Shown in pieces: positions 13,032 to 25,477 of a DNA stretch of 64,000 bases (positions are counted from its first letter, which is position 1; each line of letters begins with the position of its first letter). Under the pieces are notes generated by a model. It searched no databases and had not been told where the DNA came from. It saw only the letters and a list, made by a program, of their open reading frames with translations. The stretch covers positions 15,314,001 to 15,378,000 of the forward strand of contig NC_043013.1 of the NCBI RefSeq assembly GCF_006345805.1, read 5' to 3'. The position numbers and the translations under genes were made by a program. Source of the DNA: Octopus sinensis (lineage: Eukaryota).

Positions 13032-13208
13032 TTGTTTTAAGTTTCCGAAATCGTCTGGAAGTTCATTCAGTTCATTGTTTGTCAGTATAACTTTCTCTAG
13101 TTTACGTAGCTGACATATCAAATCTGGACAAATTCTCAAATGTTTTTGTGACAAATCAAGTGTTGTACTACGGCTATTTAAGATACGTCCAATTATTGGA
13201 GTCACCAT
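13032..13208 (-). CDS. LRRC69: LRRC69-like coding exon 1
   Basis: ATG at 13208 in aaaATGG context (the ORF track starts at an upstream TTG), GTGAGA donor, 177 bp. Encodes MVTPIIGRILNSRSTTLDLSQKHLRICPDLICQLRKLEKVILTNNELNELPDDFGNLKQ. The symbol is from recalled similarity along the whole protein. Confidence 0.8.
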
Positions 13209-13898
13209 TTTGACGCTTTTATGTCTCCGTGGCAATGGTGTGAGGTTTGAGAAACTAATTGTTTTCGTATTTATTAAGTAGCGTGAAGGAGAAAAATATA
13301 AGAAACCAATAGAAAAGAAATATAAATTTTGATCAAGATCATTAATTTTTTATTACATTTAAACATCGCCAAATATGATTTTAAGATTTCAAGTGTTTTT
13401 CGTAACGAAAGTAAAAAGACGAAAGTAACACTAGCTTTATTAGCGGTGTTTATAACTTCTGAAGACAGAGAAAAACAACATGGCGCTATGTCGTTGTTTG
13501 AAATGTTTTTGTTTCCACTTTTAGACAGAAAACGCTTCAGAAAATTGAAAGTAGAGGTTTGAAAATTATATTTATTTGTATTTACATTGTTGCTGCCCAA
13601 AATGACTTGATATTCACCGTCTGATATAACCGTGTAATCAAATTTTTGTATACAAACATCGTGGAACGCCGCTTATTAGGAACTCAGAACTCCCGGCAAT
13701 CCCGGGTTTGCTGTTCAGATATTGTGTACTCAGTCCATTAAAGTTGCTAATGACCTTGGGGAAAGTGTGAACGTCACAACGTTCCTTTTTACCAATCTGT
13801 TTTAGAAATTATTAGACAAAAAGAGTAATTTTTAAAAACTAGTGTACTTGACGAACCATTGACCGATCAAGTTCTCGATTCGCATTTATCCTCTGAAG
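13209..13898. promoter_or_regulatory. Probable bidirectional promoter and 5' UTR region between the LRRC69-like gene and DHX38
   Basis: About 690 bp between divergent start codons, repeat-free and visibly richer in CpG than the introns. Contains a YY1-like AACATGGCG at 13477-13485. Confidence 0.65.
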
Positions 13899-14167
13899 AT
13901 GGCTAATCTTAGCTTCATAGACGACGAATCTATTCATCGTTTGGAAGGCAGCACTGAAAAAGTTGGGGGCTTGGTTGTGATGAAGAAAAGCCCTTCTTCC
14001 ATTGACAGTTCGTTCAAGTTTCAAAAACCAGGTGTATCCCTCTTGGGACTCGACCGACTGGCTGCCCAAAAGCGTAAAGTCCACGACCACGGAGATACAG
14101 AAGAATCAAAAGAGAAGGGTTCCAAAGGAAATATTGAAGAAATAAGATCGAAATCTCATAAAGACAG
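13899..14167 (+). CDS. DHX38: DHX38/PRP16 pre-mRNA splicing DEAH helicase, coding exon 1
   Basis: MANLSFIDDESIHRLEG...VGGLVV...SLLGLDRLAAQKR matches the recalled DHX38 N-terminus. GTATGT donor, phase 2. Confidence 0.93.
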
Positions 14168-15339
14168 GTATGTCTTACTGGTTCTTTGTATTTATGTAGA
14201 CAGAAATTCTGTGTTTGTAAGTTTGGGTGATGGAATCATCAACTTTCTACCATTCTGCAAACGGGTTGATTAATGAGTAAGTCTCAGTGTGGTGCCTCAA
14301 CCGGCTACAAATAGCAACCAAATTTTCTATGAAATATACTTTTTCGCCTTACCCCCCCCCCACACACATTGGACTATGTAATTATATACTAGTTTCCAAT
14401 CATTGGGTTGCAGCCTTGATGAAGTACCACTTGGCGGTGGAACTCGTCAAACAGCGACCCCAGTACTTATTTTTTAAGTCTAGTACTTATTTTATTGGTC
14501 GTTTTTTTGTCGACGTGCTAAGTTATGAGAATGTAAACAAACGATGGAGCAACATAAACAAAGATACATATAGTCACATATTTACATTTATATATACATA
14601 TATACGACGGGTTTCCACACAATTTCAAATTCATTCACAAGACATTGATTGGTCTATGGCCTTAGTAGACGACATTTGCTCAATTTGCCATGTAGTAGGA
14701 CTGAACTCGAAACCATTTGATTGCTAAGTGAACTTCTTAACCACATTTTCATGCCTGCACGTGTGTGAGAAATATATATACATTAATAAAGAAATTGGAT
14801 GATCACAGCTGGAATGTCTTTAATCATAGATTTTGCTTGATCAAGCTGACTGAGGGCTATATGTTTTTTTTTTTTAACTGACATAGCTGTGTGGTTTTGA
14901 GTTTAGTTCTACTGCGTGACACATTGCTTTCTACTATAGCTCCAAATCAATGCCTTGGGAATGAAGATGGAAATAGTGTGGAAACCTATCATATATGTAT
15001 GTATATATATATATATATATATATCATCATCATCTTTTAACATCTGCTTTCCATGCTGGTATAAGTTGGACAGTTTGACCAGAGTTGGCAAACTGCAGAG
15101 CTGCTCCGGTTCCAGTCTGATTTGGTTTAGTTTCTATGGCTGGATGTCCTTCTTGATGCCAACCACTTAACATTGTGTGCTGGATGCTTTCAACACAGCA
15201 CTGACATGAGTGCTTTTACATGGTGCATGAGTGCTTTTTATGTGGCACTGGTGCAGGACTCTTGCAGGCCAATCTCCTTCACCAGGGGTGGCAGCCTTAA
15301 CACTTCTGCTATGGAGGATGGGTCTTCTTGAGTATAGTA

Positions 15340-16135
15340 AGGTGCCAGATATCTCAGTCATTTGTCATCTTCCCTGATGTTCTGATGTCGTCCTTCAGTA
15401 CTTTGTCCCATGTTTTTCTGGGTCTCCTCTTCCATGAATTCCATACACTTTGAGTGATTGGCACTTCTTTATGGAGCTGTTGACATCCATGCTCATCATG
15501 TGACCAATCCAGTGCAGTCTTCTCTCTTGCATGCTGCATCTAGTTCCTCTTATGCCTAACTTTTCTCTCATTACACTACCACTCTGTTGCATATGTACAC
15601 TGCACATTCAGTAGAGCATGGGTCATGGTCTCAAGAATTTGTATTATGAAGAAAGGCTGAAGACGCTCGACCTTTATGCTCTAGAAAAACGCCACCGCCG
15701 TGGTGATCTCATTCTCACTCACAACATCATAAGTGGAAAGTGTAACCTCTCAAAAGAGCTGTTCTTCACTCCTGCTCCAGAGCGTCGGCTGCGGGGTCAT
15801 TCCGAAAAGCTCTACCTGCGATGATTTCATCTCAATCGAAGGAGAGGAGCTTTCTCTGTCCGGGTTGTGGATCCGTGGAACAAGCTGCCAGACGAGATGG
15901 TGAAGATGCTGACGACCGCTTTGTTCAAAGTCTCCCTTGACCTCAAGTGGCCTGAACTCTTTACATGAACACCACCCTGTACTTAACTCCATGTCCCCCT
16001 ACATGGCCTTGCTTTTTGCTTTTGAGCCAAAAAATTAACTAACTAACTAACTAACTAACATTCCTCTCTGGCCTTTGTATGTCCTTTGCATTCAGGACCT
16101 GCATCTCACCACCATGTAAAATTGCATCATGCTCC
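15340..16135 (-). mobile_element. RTE-clade LINE 3' fragment interrupted by a CR1 insertion
   Basis: Minus-strand frames AILHGGEMQVLNAKDIQRPERN (right of the insert) and MLY*MCSVH...KLGIRG...RRLHWIGHM...RRPRKTWDKV (left of it). Confidence 0.7.
15617..16058 (+). mobile_element. 5'-truncated CR1-type LINE 3' end with (ACTA)n tail
   Basis: Near-identical to 43131-43545; GLKNLYYEERLKTLDLYALEKRHRRGDLIL; taactaactaac tail. Confidence 0.88.
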
Positions 16136-16339
16136 ATAGTCTGCTTTGGCATAGTTTCTATGGTTTGATACTCTTCCTAATGCCAATCACTCAGCAGTGT
16201 GTACTTGGTGCTTTTTTCTTTCCTCCAGCATTAGTGAAGTTGCCATGCAGCTTGCATGACTATGAACCCTGAAGGAGTGGTTTTATGTTAAGAAATGAAG
16301 AGTAAAAGTATGAGAGAAGAGGTCATATATATATCATCA

Positions 16340-16780
16340 TCATCATCATCATCGTTTAGCGTTCGCTTTCCATGCTAGCATGGGTTGGACGGTTCAACTG
16401 GGGTCTGGGAAGCCAGAAGGCTGCACCAGGCCCAGTCTGATCTGGCAATGTTTCTACGGCTGGATGCCCTTCCTAACGCCAACCACTCCGTGAGTGTAGT
16501 GGGTGCTTTTTACATGCCAGATGAGGCTGGCAAACCGCCACGATCTGATGGTGGCTTTTACGTGCCACCAGCACGGGGGCCAGGCGAGGCTGGCAACGGC
16601 CACGAACGGATGGTGCTTTTTACGTGCCACAAGCACGAGGCCAGTCGGGGCGGCACTGGCAACAGCCACGTTCAGATGGTTCTCTTACGTGCCACCGGCA
16701 CTGGTATCACAGCTGCAATTTCCATTGATGTTGATCGATTTCGATTCTCACTTGCCTCAACAGGTCTTCACAAGTAGAGT
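16340..16780 (-). mobile_element. (GAT)n-tailed retroposon, family B (representative copy)
   Basis: catcatc-gtttagcgttcgctttccatgctagcatgggttgg...ggatgcccttcctaacgccaacc with internal gcacgtaaaaagcacc units. Many other copies, e.g. near 2570, 4785, 11340, 26180, 27590, 30430, 35170, 37490, 44890, 51120, 52325, 62075. Confidence 0.85.
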
Positions 16781-16864
16781 TTTGTGTACCCAGAAGGAAA
16801 GGTATGCATAAGTGGACTGGCACATCCCGGGTTATGGTCTCACTTGTCCTGCCGGGTCTTCTCA

Positions 16865-16963
<99 letters not shown>

Positions 16964-17429
16964 TACCATGCTCGTGTTGGTGTCACATAAAAAGCACCTG
17001 TGCTGGTGCCACATGAAAATCACTGTTGCTGGTGCTATGAATGAAGCACCTTTGCTGGTGCCATGTATAAAGTACCCATGCTGCTGCCACCAGCCATAGA
17101 AATGATGCTAAAACAGACAATTGGAGTATGGAAAATGGATTTCAAAGGATGATGATGTTAGAAAGCCATCAGCTGTGATAAAGATTTACATAAGAATGTA
17201 AAACATTCCTTCTGTGCTGTTGTGGGAAAAAAAGAGTGATGTGTCTCCTGACAGACTGTTTTACAGTTTGTTGATTTTTCCTCAGGGAAGACATAACCCC
17301 ATCTCTTTTCCCAGTTAATAGCATAGACTGTTCAGCTTCTATATAAAGCAGTCAGCAACTATGCTTTTGTTGTGGTGGATCGATTAATTTGCATATTTGT
17401 GCCTTGTCCAGAGGAAGGGTTATGGCCTT

Positions 17430-17810
17430 TATGGGCTCTCTAGACCATTGATATCAATGACATTGATGTTTGTAGTTGCAGGAAGGGAACTCCAGTTGGA
17501 TGGCATTTTGGGGAAAAAGGAATGGTGAAAATGGTTAACGCAAAATTGAGAAGCAGACACAATACAAGTAATGATAGGAATAGAGAGAGATGAATGAGTC
17601 AGGGATGCTTGAGTGGAGCTGGAGAACATGGGCTACTGTATTAGTGGTAGAAAAGACAGGCAGGGGATGCAAAGGGGCTTAGTTGTTATGCTTTTTAAGT
17701 TATCTCTTGTGTTATCTGCATTGTTTGAAAACCAGGACGTGTTAAGTGCTTTCATGTTTCTCCCCAATGGTGGTTTTTTTTGTGAGAGTGTTAAAGTGTA
17801 GCCAGTGTGG
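17430..17810 (-). mobile_element. Decayed CR1/L2-type LINE 3' fragment
   Basis: Minus frame HFHHSFFPKMPSNWSSLP resembles the SFFPRT..WNSLP terminal motif. Confidence 0.45.
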
Positions 17811-17961
17811 AGACTTTATGTGGGTACTCTGTCTGTTAGAAATCACAGTCAAATTTCTCTCAAACAGTTTTATATGTTATTCAGACACACACACACCATA
17901 GCATGTTTATCATTATTATTTTGATGGTTTAATTAATTAATTACTATTAATATCTGACCAG

Positions 17962-18221
17962 ACATTATCGTGCTCCAAGAGATGAGACCCCATCACATCC
18001 CGGGGGTGTCAATACTGTTGCAAAGGAAAAGATCAAAAGCCGTCATCATCGAGAGCGTGGGGTTTTTGCATCATCAAAAGACAGCAAGAAGCATAGGAGT
18101 GAAACGTCTGAGAACGAGCATCGAAGTTGGCAGCGTAAAAGCGATCGAGATAAAAGCTACAAGCACCGAGATAGAGATGAACGAGATCGAAGCAAGCATC
18201 GGGACCATCATAAAAGTTCTC
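17962..18221 (+). CDS. DHX38: DHX38 coding exon 2
   Basis: ccag acceptor; [16 protein letters not shown] followed by an R/D/S-rich stretch; GTGAGT donor; phase 2 to 1. Confidence 0.92.
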
Positions 18222-18797
18222 GTGAGTAGAATCGGACCCTTTGATTTGTTCTTCTTTATTATCAGTGTCACCATTTAATGTCTGTTTTCTTTGCTGGCAT
18301 GGGTTGAGCAGTTCACCTGGAGCTGGTAAGCCAGAGGACTGCACCAAACCCCATTGTCTGCCCTGGCTTGGTTTCTTTGGCTGGATGCACTTCCGAATGC
18401 CAACCACTTCACAGTGTGTGGGAGTTTTTTACGTAACATTGACACTAGTGATATCACCAAGTTACTCGTAAGACAAGACTCCTCAACTGAAAATGTGGGG
18501 TAGTTTTGAGGGAGGTGATAGCCATGCAGACACACATAAATAAATTTTTCAATTTCTGGCTACATTGGTCAGTTCAAAGCTATAGTAGAAGACACTTGTC
18601 CAGAGGTGTCATGCAATGGGACTGAACCTTGAGCCGCAAAGTTGGGAAGCAAGCTTCTTAATCACACAGCCATACTTGCCTCTGTAGAGAACAGTAAATA
18701 TATTTAAAAAAAAATATTCAAATCAAAAATTCTGATGCTTAATTGATTTTGTTCCCGTATTTTAAATATTATGTGTTGTCCATTGTGGTTATTTCAG

Positions 18798-18998
18798 ATA
18801 GGAGGAGAGATGACCACAGTGAGAGAAGTAGCCGAAGTGGGTCAGAATCTTCTTCAAGAGAAAATAGAAGTGTGCGAAGCAGTTCTCGTAGCTGGGAATT
18901 CTCTGAACGGGAGAGTCGACGACGGGAACGAGAATGGGAGGAAACACCACGTCGGGAACAGTCAGATGAACCTGCCACTCCGGACCTCCGACCAACTG
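18798..18998 (+). CDS. DHX38: DHX38 coding exon 3
   Basis: tttcag acceptor; RS-rich, ending WEETPRREQSDEPATPDLRPT; GTGAGT donor; phase 1 to 1. Confidence 0.88.
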
Positions 18999-19714
18999 GT
19001 GAGTGACCAAAGAATAACTTCAATTTTTCCTAGATTTTGTGTTGTCAGAGTTTGTTTGTTGTGTGAGATCTTTTGATGATGGTGCTCTGCTTATGAGGAC
19101 AGAGAAATGGTAGAATCAGTAGAGCGTCAGGTTTTGGGTTTTGCAGCATTGTGTCTTTTCATGTTAATCATCATCATTTAATGTCTGTTGTCCATGCTGG
19201 CATGAGCTGGATGGTTTGACCTGGATTGGTAAACTGAGGGGCTGCACCAGATTTCAGTCTGATTTGGCATGGTTGCTAAGGCTGGATGCCAACCACTTCA
19301 GGAATGTAATGACTGCTTTTACATGGCACCGGCACAGGTACCAGTTGCACGGCACCAGTATCTGCCACAACTATAATTTCACTTGGTTTGATGGGTCTTC
19401 TACACAGCATGGCATCTTACCAAAGGTCTCAATCATTTGTCATTACCTCTGTGAAGCCCCAAATGCTTGAAAGGTGCTTTTCACGTGCCATTGGCATGGA
19501 TGCTAGTTTTGTGACACCAGCATTAGCCACATTGCCTCAGTGAGGCCCAACGCTCGAAAGGTGCTGTTTATGTGCCGCCGACGCAGGTGCTAGTTACTCG
19601 ACGCCAGCTTTGGCCACCTGAGTTGAAATTCCAAAAATGAGTGAATTTATGTTTTCTTCTTATAGAGTGTATATTGTTATTGTTGTTAATGATGGTTCTT
19701 TTAATTTTTGACAG

Positions 19715-19877
19715 ACACACCATTAACGAAAGCTGCCTGGGATGATGATGATGGTGTTCCTGCCACAAAGTCTAGTTGGGATCTGGCATCTGTTGGTGGG
19801 TCACCTTACACGGATGATAGGAGTGAACGTAGTGATTCATGGGTAGACAGGGACAGAAGCAGGGCAAGTGAGTCAAG
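19715..19877 (+). CDS. DHX38: DHX38 coding exon 4
   Basis: gacag acceptor; DTPLTKAAWDDDDGVPATKSSWDL...; GTAAGT donor; phase 1 to 2. Confidence 0.85.
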
Positions 19878-20660
19878 GTAAGTGTATACCAGTTTGTTTT
19901 TATCTATGTGTATTGGCATGTGTGTATGTACAGAGTGGGCCAAAAGTCATGCACAAAATAAGTTCAAAATGCTCTAGAATTGTCATTGGACATGCTTCAA
20001 ATTTTCTGAAGGCACAATCGGTAAGCATGCTGTACTTATAGACAGTGCCTTCCTTGTGGTAATCACAAGTTAGAAGATATGCGGAGGAATAAAATATATG
20101 AAATAATGATGAATATACATATACTTGATCATGATGAACAAAGGGAATAATAATAATAATAATCCTTTCTGCTATAGGCACAAGGCCTGAAATTTTTGGG
20201 GAGGAGACTATTTGATTACATTAACCCCAGTGTTTCACTAGTACTTAATTTATTGACCCCGAATGGATATATATGTATTTCTTTACTGCCCACAAGGGGC
20301 TAAACATAGAAGGGACAACAAGGACAGACAAAGGGATTAAGTCGATTACATCAACCCCAGTGCGAAATTGGTACTTTATTTATCGACCCTGAAAGGATGA
20401 AAGGCAAAGTCGACCTCGGCAGAATTTGAACTCAGAATGTAATGACAGACAAAATACTGCTAAGCATTTTGCCTGGTGCACTAACGTTTCTGCCAGCTCG
20501 CCGCCTTCTAAAGGATATATATATATATACACACATGTTTTTATGTATACACATGCACACACATACACACACAGACATCTATATACATATATATTATTTT
20601 TGTCACTTTTAAACTTTTAAATATCAGATAATATTTTAATTATAACATTATTAATTGCAG

Positions 20661-20758
20661 GTCTTTTCAGAAAATTTCCGAAACTCCCCTTCCTACACCC
20701 ACCTATAAACACAACAAGTGGATGAATGATAGAGACAGAAGGCACTCATCACGCAGAG
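20661..20758 (+). CDS. DHX38: DHX38 coding exon 5
   Basis: ttgcag acceptor; ETPLPTPTYKHNKWMNDR (compare recalled DTPLPTPSYKYNEWADDR); GTAGGT donor; phase 2 to 1. Confidence 0.9.
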
Positions 20759-20959
20759 GTAGGTTTCCCCAGCTGAGTCTCCTCGAGCGGAAGATTTTGT
20801 TTGTTAGCACTTATGTAGGATGAAAGCATCAATGTTGGTTAGACTCATAGTATTTGCTTTTACCGTATATCTTGTGTAATAAAATTATCTCCTGCTCTCT
20901 CTTGCACTCTGTTGAAGGAATTACAAAGAAAAAGAATTGTTTCCAATTTTGTGTTTCAG

Positions 20960-21177
20960 AGAAATTAGACATCAAATTTGAAACTGAAGAAGAGAAAAAT
21001 GATTGGGAAGATGAACAGAAACGCCTTGATCGAGAATGGTATGGCATGGATGAGGGTTATGATGACGAGCACAACCCATTCTCTGGAACTTCCAATGAAT
21101 ACACAAAAAAGAAAGAAGAAGAAATGGAACAGAGGAAGAAGAAAAGAATGTCAGCTCGTCAGAGACAAATCAACAAG
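20960..21177 (+). CDS. DHX38: DHX38 coding exon 6
   Basis: tttcag acceptor; WEDEQKRLDREWYGMDEGYDDEHNPF...RQINK; GTAAAC donor; phase 1 to 0. Confidence 0.95.
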
Positions 21178-21707
21178 GTAAAACATATTAATGTATTTAC
21201 TTCTCAAGTCCTGTGAGGCTTTGATGGGTTGGTGCTTAGCTCTGATTTTTAATGCTGCTAGGTAGATGTGGGAGATATATATATATATATTTATATACAC
21301 CACAAAGTAAGTTTGGGGTTAGGAGTGCAACCCACTAAGGGATAGTATTTATCCAAATATACTGTTGGTATAATACCCAAGTTCTTAATACATAAATGTT
21401 TTTAATTGCAATGCAATTAACTTATTTATTTTATTAAATGGGTGAAGGTAAAGAAATATTTTACTGTTAATTTATAATACAAATAAGAAAATGGAGAAAC
21501 AAAAGTTCATCAACTTTTGGATATTAGAATGTTGAATTATTTATTCATATATTATGATTTTTATAATTTGTATTCTTATCTTATATGTATTGAATTATGA
21601 GATATATATGTATGCTATTAAGGTTCTCATTTTGTTAAATGAATAAATAAGTCAAAATTCGAATATCCAAAAGTTGAACAAACTAAATTGTTTCTTCATT
21701 TTTTATT

Positions 21708-21759
<52 letters not shown>

Positions 21760-22956
21760 ATCTCCTTTGATTGGACCCCTGTCTGTCAGGAGTAACATTC
21801 TCAGAGGATCTTGTATCTATTCCTGAAAAATAATTAAATTGATGTCGTATAGAATATAACTCAGAAATCAAAAGATTGTTGTGAATTTGAACTCCTCACC
21901 TGTTAACTAATTAGTTCAATGAGCAATTTCAACTTGGCCATTTGCTGAAATAGGTAATTTTTTTCTCTAATATTATTTAGCAAGAGGTCAGCTTTGATCA
22001 AAGGTGGTCCAGTGCCTATGACCATCCCATCTTTTTGTACATAAACAACTACATCTGGTAGATGGGTGGTAGACTTATTCTATCAGCCATTTTGACATCA
22101 ATGCCATAGAATTCTTGAGTGCCTTTAGTGGATCCCTTTAAGCCAGGTCTTTCATCCAAGTAGAGTTTCCTTCTTTTTTTTTCTTCCACCAGTCTCAGAG
22201 ACCCTAAAGAGGGTCAGGGACCGGTGGCATAGAGTTGCTGCTGAGGGCAGCCTCTCAGTTTGCCACATACACACTCTCTCGGCCTCCAACCCTGTACAGA
22301 CACATGCAGAAGATCCAAAACTGCTAACCCCATAAAAGCATCACCTGGGATGGATACCCCACCATTACTATGCTACTGTTAGGAGCCCTGTTGCCTTTTT
22401 TCTCTAAGATATTACAAAAAAAGAAATAATAATATCCAAAATATTAATTTAAGAAGGTAGGGTATGATTTGAGGAAGATTTGACTACTATTTCTAATTGT
22501 CTATGAGTCTACATAAGGCAGTGATTTTCACCCTAGGAGTCCACAAAAGTAATAGTTGGGTCCATATTCTGTATTCAAAACTTTAAAAGGCTGCAGTGAA
22601 AAATATATAATTACTCAGTTACAGAAAAAATATGAATTCTGTAGACGAAGTCAGAACAGTACTGGAGGAGTATTTTTTGTCATGAACAAGTGAATTGTGG
22701 AAGAGGAGCCTTGGAAGTCTACAAAAAAGATGGAAGAGCATTGTAGGAAATGAAGGAGAGTATATTTTAGATTAAAAAAGAACTTTGTTTATCTTAATTT
22801 TGAAAAAAAACAAGAAGTATAAAAGAAAACGCATTATTTATGGAATGACCCAATACATATGTAAATATATATGTACAAGTACAAACACACACACACACAC
22901 ATATATACACACACACACATATAAATTTAACCTCAGTAAATATTTCTTTCTCTCAG

Positions 22957-23142
22957 GATATTGAAATGTGGGAGACAAACCGGATGCTGAGGAGTGGAGT
23001 GGTCACCAAAATCGGTTACGACGATGACTTTGAGGAAGATAATGAGGCACGTGTTCATTTACTAGTGCACAACACAGTGCCACCTTTCCTTGATGGTAGA
23101 ATTGTATTCACCAAACAACCAGAGCCTGTAATCCCTGTGAAG
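22957..23142 (+). CDS. DHX38: DHX38 coding exon 7
   Basis: [16 protein letters not shown]...[22 protein letters not shown]; AG/GTAAGA boundaries; phase 0. Confidence 0.96.
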
Positions 23143-23732
23143 GTAAGAGTTTAGTTTCTTTTTCATTTGTTCTACATTGTACTTTCTCAGTTGATTGTTT
23201 CTGCAGTTATTGGGTTATTACACTCTTTCACCTGCCTAACGCCAACCACTCCGAGAGTGTAGTGGGTGCTTTTTACGTGCCACCAGCACATACATACATA
23301 CACACACACACAAACACACACACACACACACACACACACATTATTATCATCATTTGATGTCCGTTGTCCAAGCTGACATGGGTTGGATGGTGTGATCAGA
23401 GGTGGCAAGCCAGGGGGTTGCATCAGACTCCTGTCTGATTTGGCATGGTTATGGTTTCTATGGCTTAATACCCTTCCTAATGGCAACCACTTTACAGAGT
23501 GTGCTGGATGCTTTTGCATGGCATCGCATGGCACTTTTACATGGAATTACATGTAGTACTGCACAGACACTTTTGTGTGATGTCGCATGGGTGCTTGTAG
23601 TTGCTGCACTGCACGGATGCTATATATATATAATACATACATACATACACATGTATACACACATACATATATAGTGTGATGATGGTAATAAAATAAGCAG
23701 AGTGGTTGTTTTTACTTTTCTTCCTATTCTAG

Positions 23733-23891
23733 GACCCCACTTCAGACATGGCTGTAGTGTCCCGCAAAGGCTGTGCAGTTGTAAGATCATACAGAGAACA
23801 GAAGGAGCGGAAGAAGGCCCAAGTGAAGCACTGGGAATTGGCTGGAACCAAAATTGGTGAAATTATGGGAGTGAAAAAGGAAGATGAAACT
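23733..23891 (+). CDS. DHX38: DHX38 coding exon 8
   Basis: [14 protein letters not shown]...[22 protein letters not shown]; AG/GTAAGT; phase 0. Confidence 0.95.
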
Positions 23892-24905
23892 GTAAGTGTA
23901 CAAGGATTATTACCAGTCTCTTTTAGCCCCTTCTATGAGTCTCTCTTTTCTCAGGCTTCTATACTAACCATAAAGTGTTATCCTCTGGAATTTCCTTCAC
24001 TTCAGTCTTCTACAGGAGTTGGCTTGTAGCCATTCAAACAGAAGACAGCATCAGTCTTAGAGGGCTTTGAGAGTGTCATAGATACAGTTCTTTACTTTTG
24101 GCTACAATTCGCACAAAAGGATGATGAATTGAATTTTTTATTAATATCATGGCTTTATTGATTAAGTAGTTCACTTTGTAACTAAATAATTTCATGTTCA
24201 ATCCCACTGCATGGAACCTGAGACAAGTGTCTTCTGCCATTGACTTAGGTCAACCAAAGCTGTGTAGGTGCTTGGATACACACACAAACACGCACATGAT
24301 GGACTTCTTTCAGTTTCTCCCTACCAAATCCACTCACAAGGCTTTGGTCAGTTTAAGGCCATAATAGAGCTCACTTACTCAAGGTGTTCTTCAGTAGGGA
24401 CTGAACCTGAAACAGCATGGTTAGGAAATGAATTTTTTAATCTCATAGAATGTTTTGCACTTTTGCACCTATATGTCTTCATCATCATCATCATCATCAT
24501 CATTTAATGTCCATTGTCTATACTGGCATGAATTGGATATTTTGATCAGAGCTGACAAGCTGGGGTCTGCACCGGACTCCAGTCTGATTTGGCATGGTTT
24601 TTATAGCTGGGTGCCCTTCCTAATGGCAACCACTTTACAGAGTGTGCTGGATGCTTTTACGTGGCACCACACGGTTCCTTTTAAGTGGGACCGCGCAGGC
24701 GCTTTTATATGTAAGAGATGTTTGACCATCTGTTTGTAGGCTTGTCTCTTGGAACGTCTGCCAATTTTCTAACTGTCTCCCTATCTATTAGAAATAGAAA
24801 AGAAATCTCATCTCTGACATTCAGGCATTTCATCAGTATAAGATCGTCTTCAAAACTTTTCTCAAAACTTTCTTAAATTAATTAAAAATAATTTTTTTAC
24901 TTTAG

Positions 24906-25052
24906 GACAAAAATGGAGATGTAGATTATAAAACTGGCCACAAGTTTGCAGAAGTGATGTCTGACCAAACAGAAGCTGTTAGCGAATTTGCTAAACGTCG
25001 TACCATCTTACAACAGAGACAGTACTTGCCTATTTTTGCTGTGCGAAATGAG
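24906..25052 (+). CDS. DHX38: DHX38 coding exon 9
   Basis: DKNGDVDYKTGHKFA...QQRQYLPIFAVRNE; tttag/GTTTGT; phase 0. Confidence 0.93.
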
Positions 25053-25396
25053 GTTTGTATCTCTATATAGAAAATCATTTTTATCCTTATTTTATCATTT
25101 TATTTATATATAGTTTATTGAAATAGCTATCTATGTATCATACATTATGTATATACACCAGCAAGTATAATGCTATGGTTTTGTCCCAAAAGAAAAGAAG
25201 TCTCTTCATAAACTCCTGCATCATGCCTGTCCATGATGTATATATGTTAAGTATGATACAAAGATCATCATAATTTTTTATTGTCCATTTTCCATGCTGG
25301 CATGGGTTGGACGGTTTGACATGGAGCAGACCAGCTATAGCATGGATTTGATCCTCGATTGCTAAATTGAGATTTTTCTTTGTTATTGTTTTGTAG

Positions 25397-25477
25397 CTGT
25401 TGAACATAGTCCGAGACAACAGTGTGGTGATTATTGTTGGAGAGACTGGCTCAGGGAAAACTACTCAGTTGACTCAG
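25397..25477 (+). CDS. DHX38: DHX38 coding exon 10 (Walker A)
   Basis: [27 protein letters not shown]; AG/GTGAGT; phase 0. Confidence 0.96.

Noticed and set aside
13589-13754. GTTGCT half-sites suggesting RFX X-boxes
   Set aside because: Neither has a convincing palindromic second half.
16784-17099. ORFs rich in YI/HT/CV, here and at 54422-54715 and 56695-57119
   Set aside because: Translations of (TA)n and (CA)n microsatellites.
17970-19076. Multiple overlapping and antisense ORFs over DHX38 exons 2-3
   Set aside because: Shadow frames of low-complexity RS/RD-rich coding sequence.
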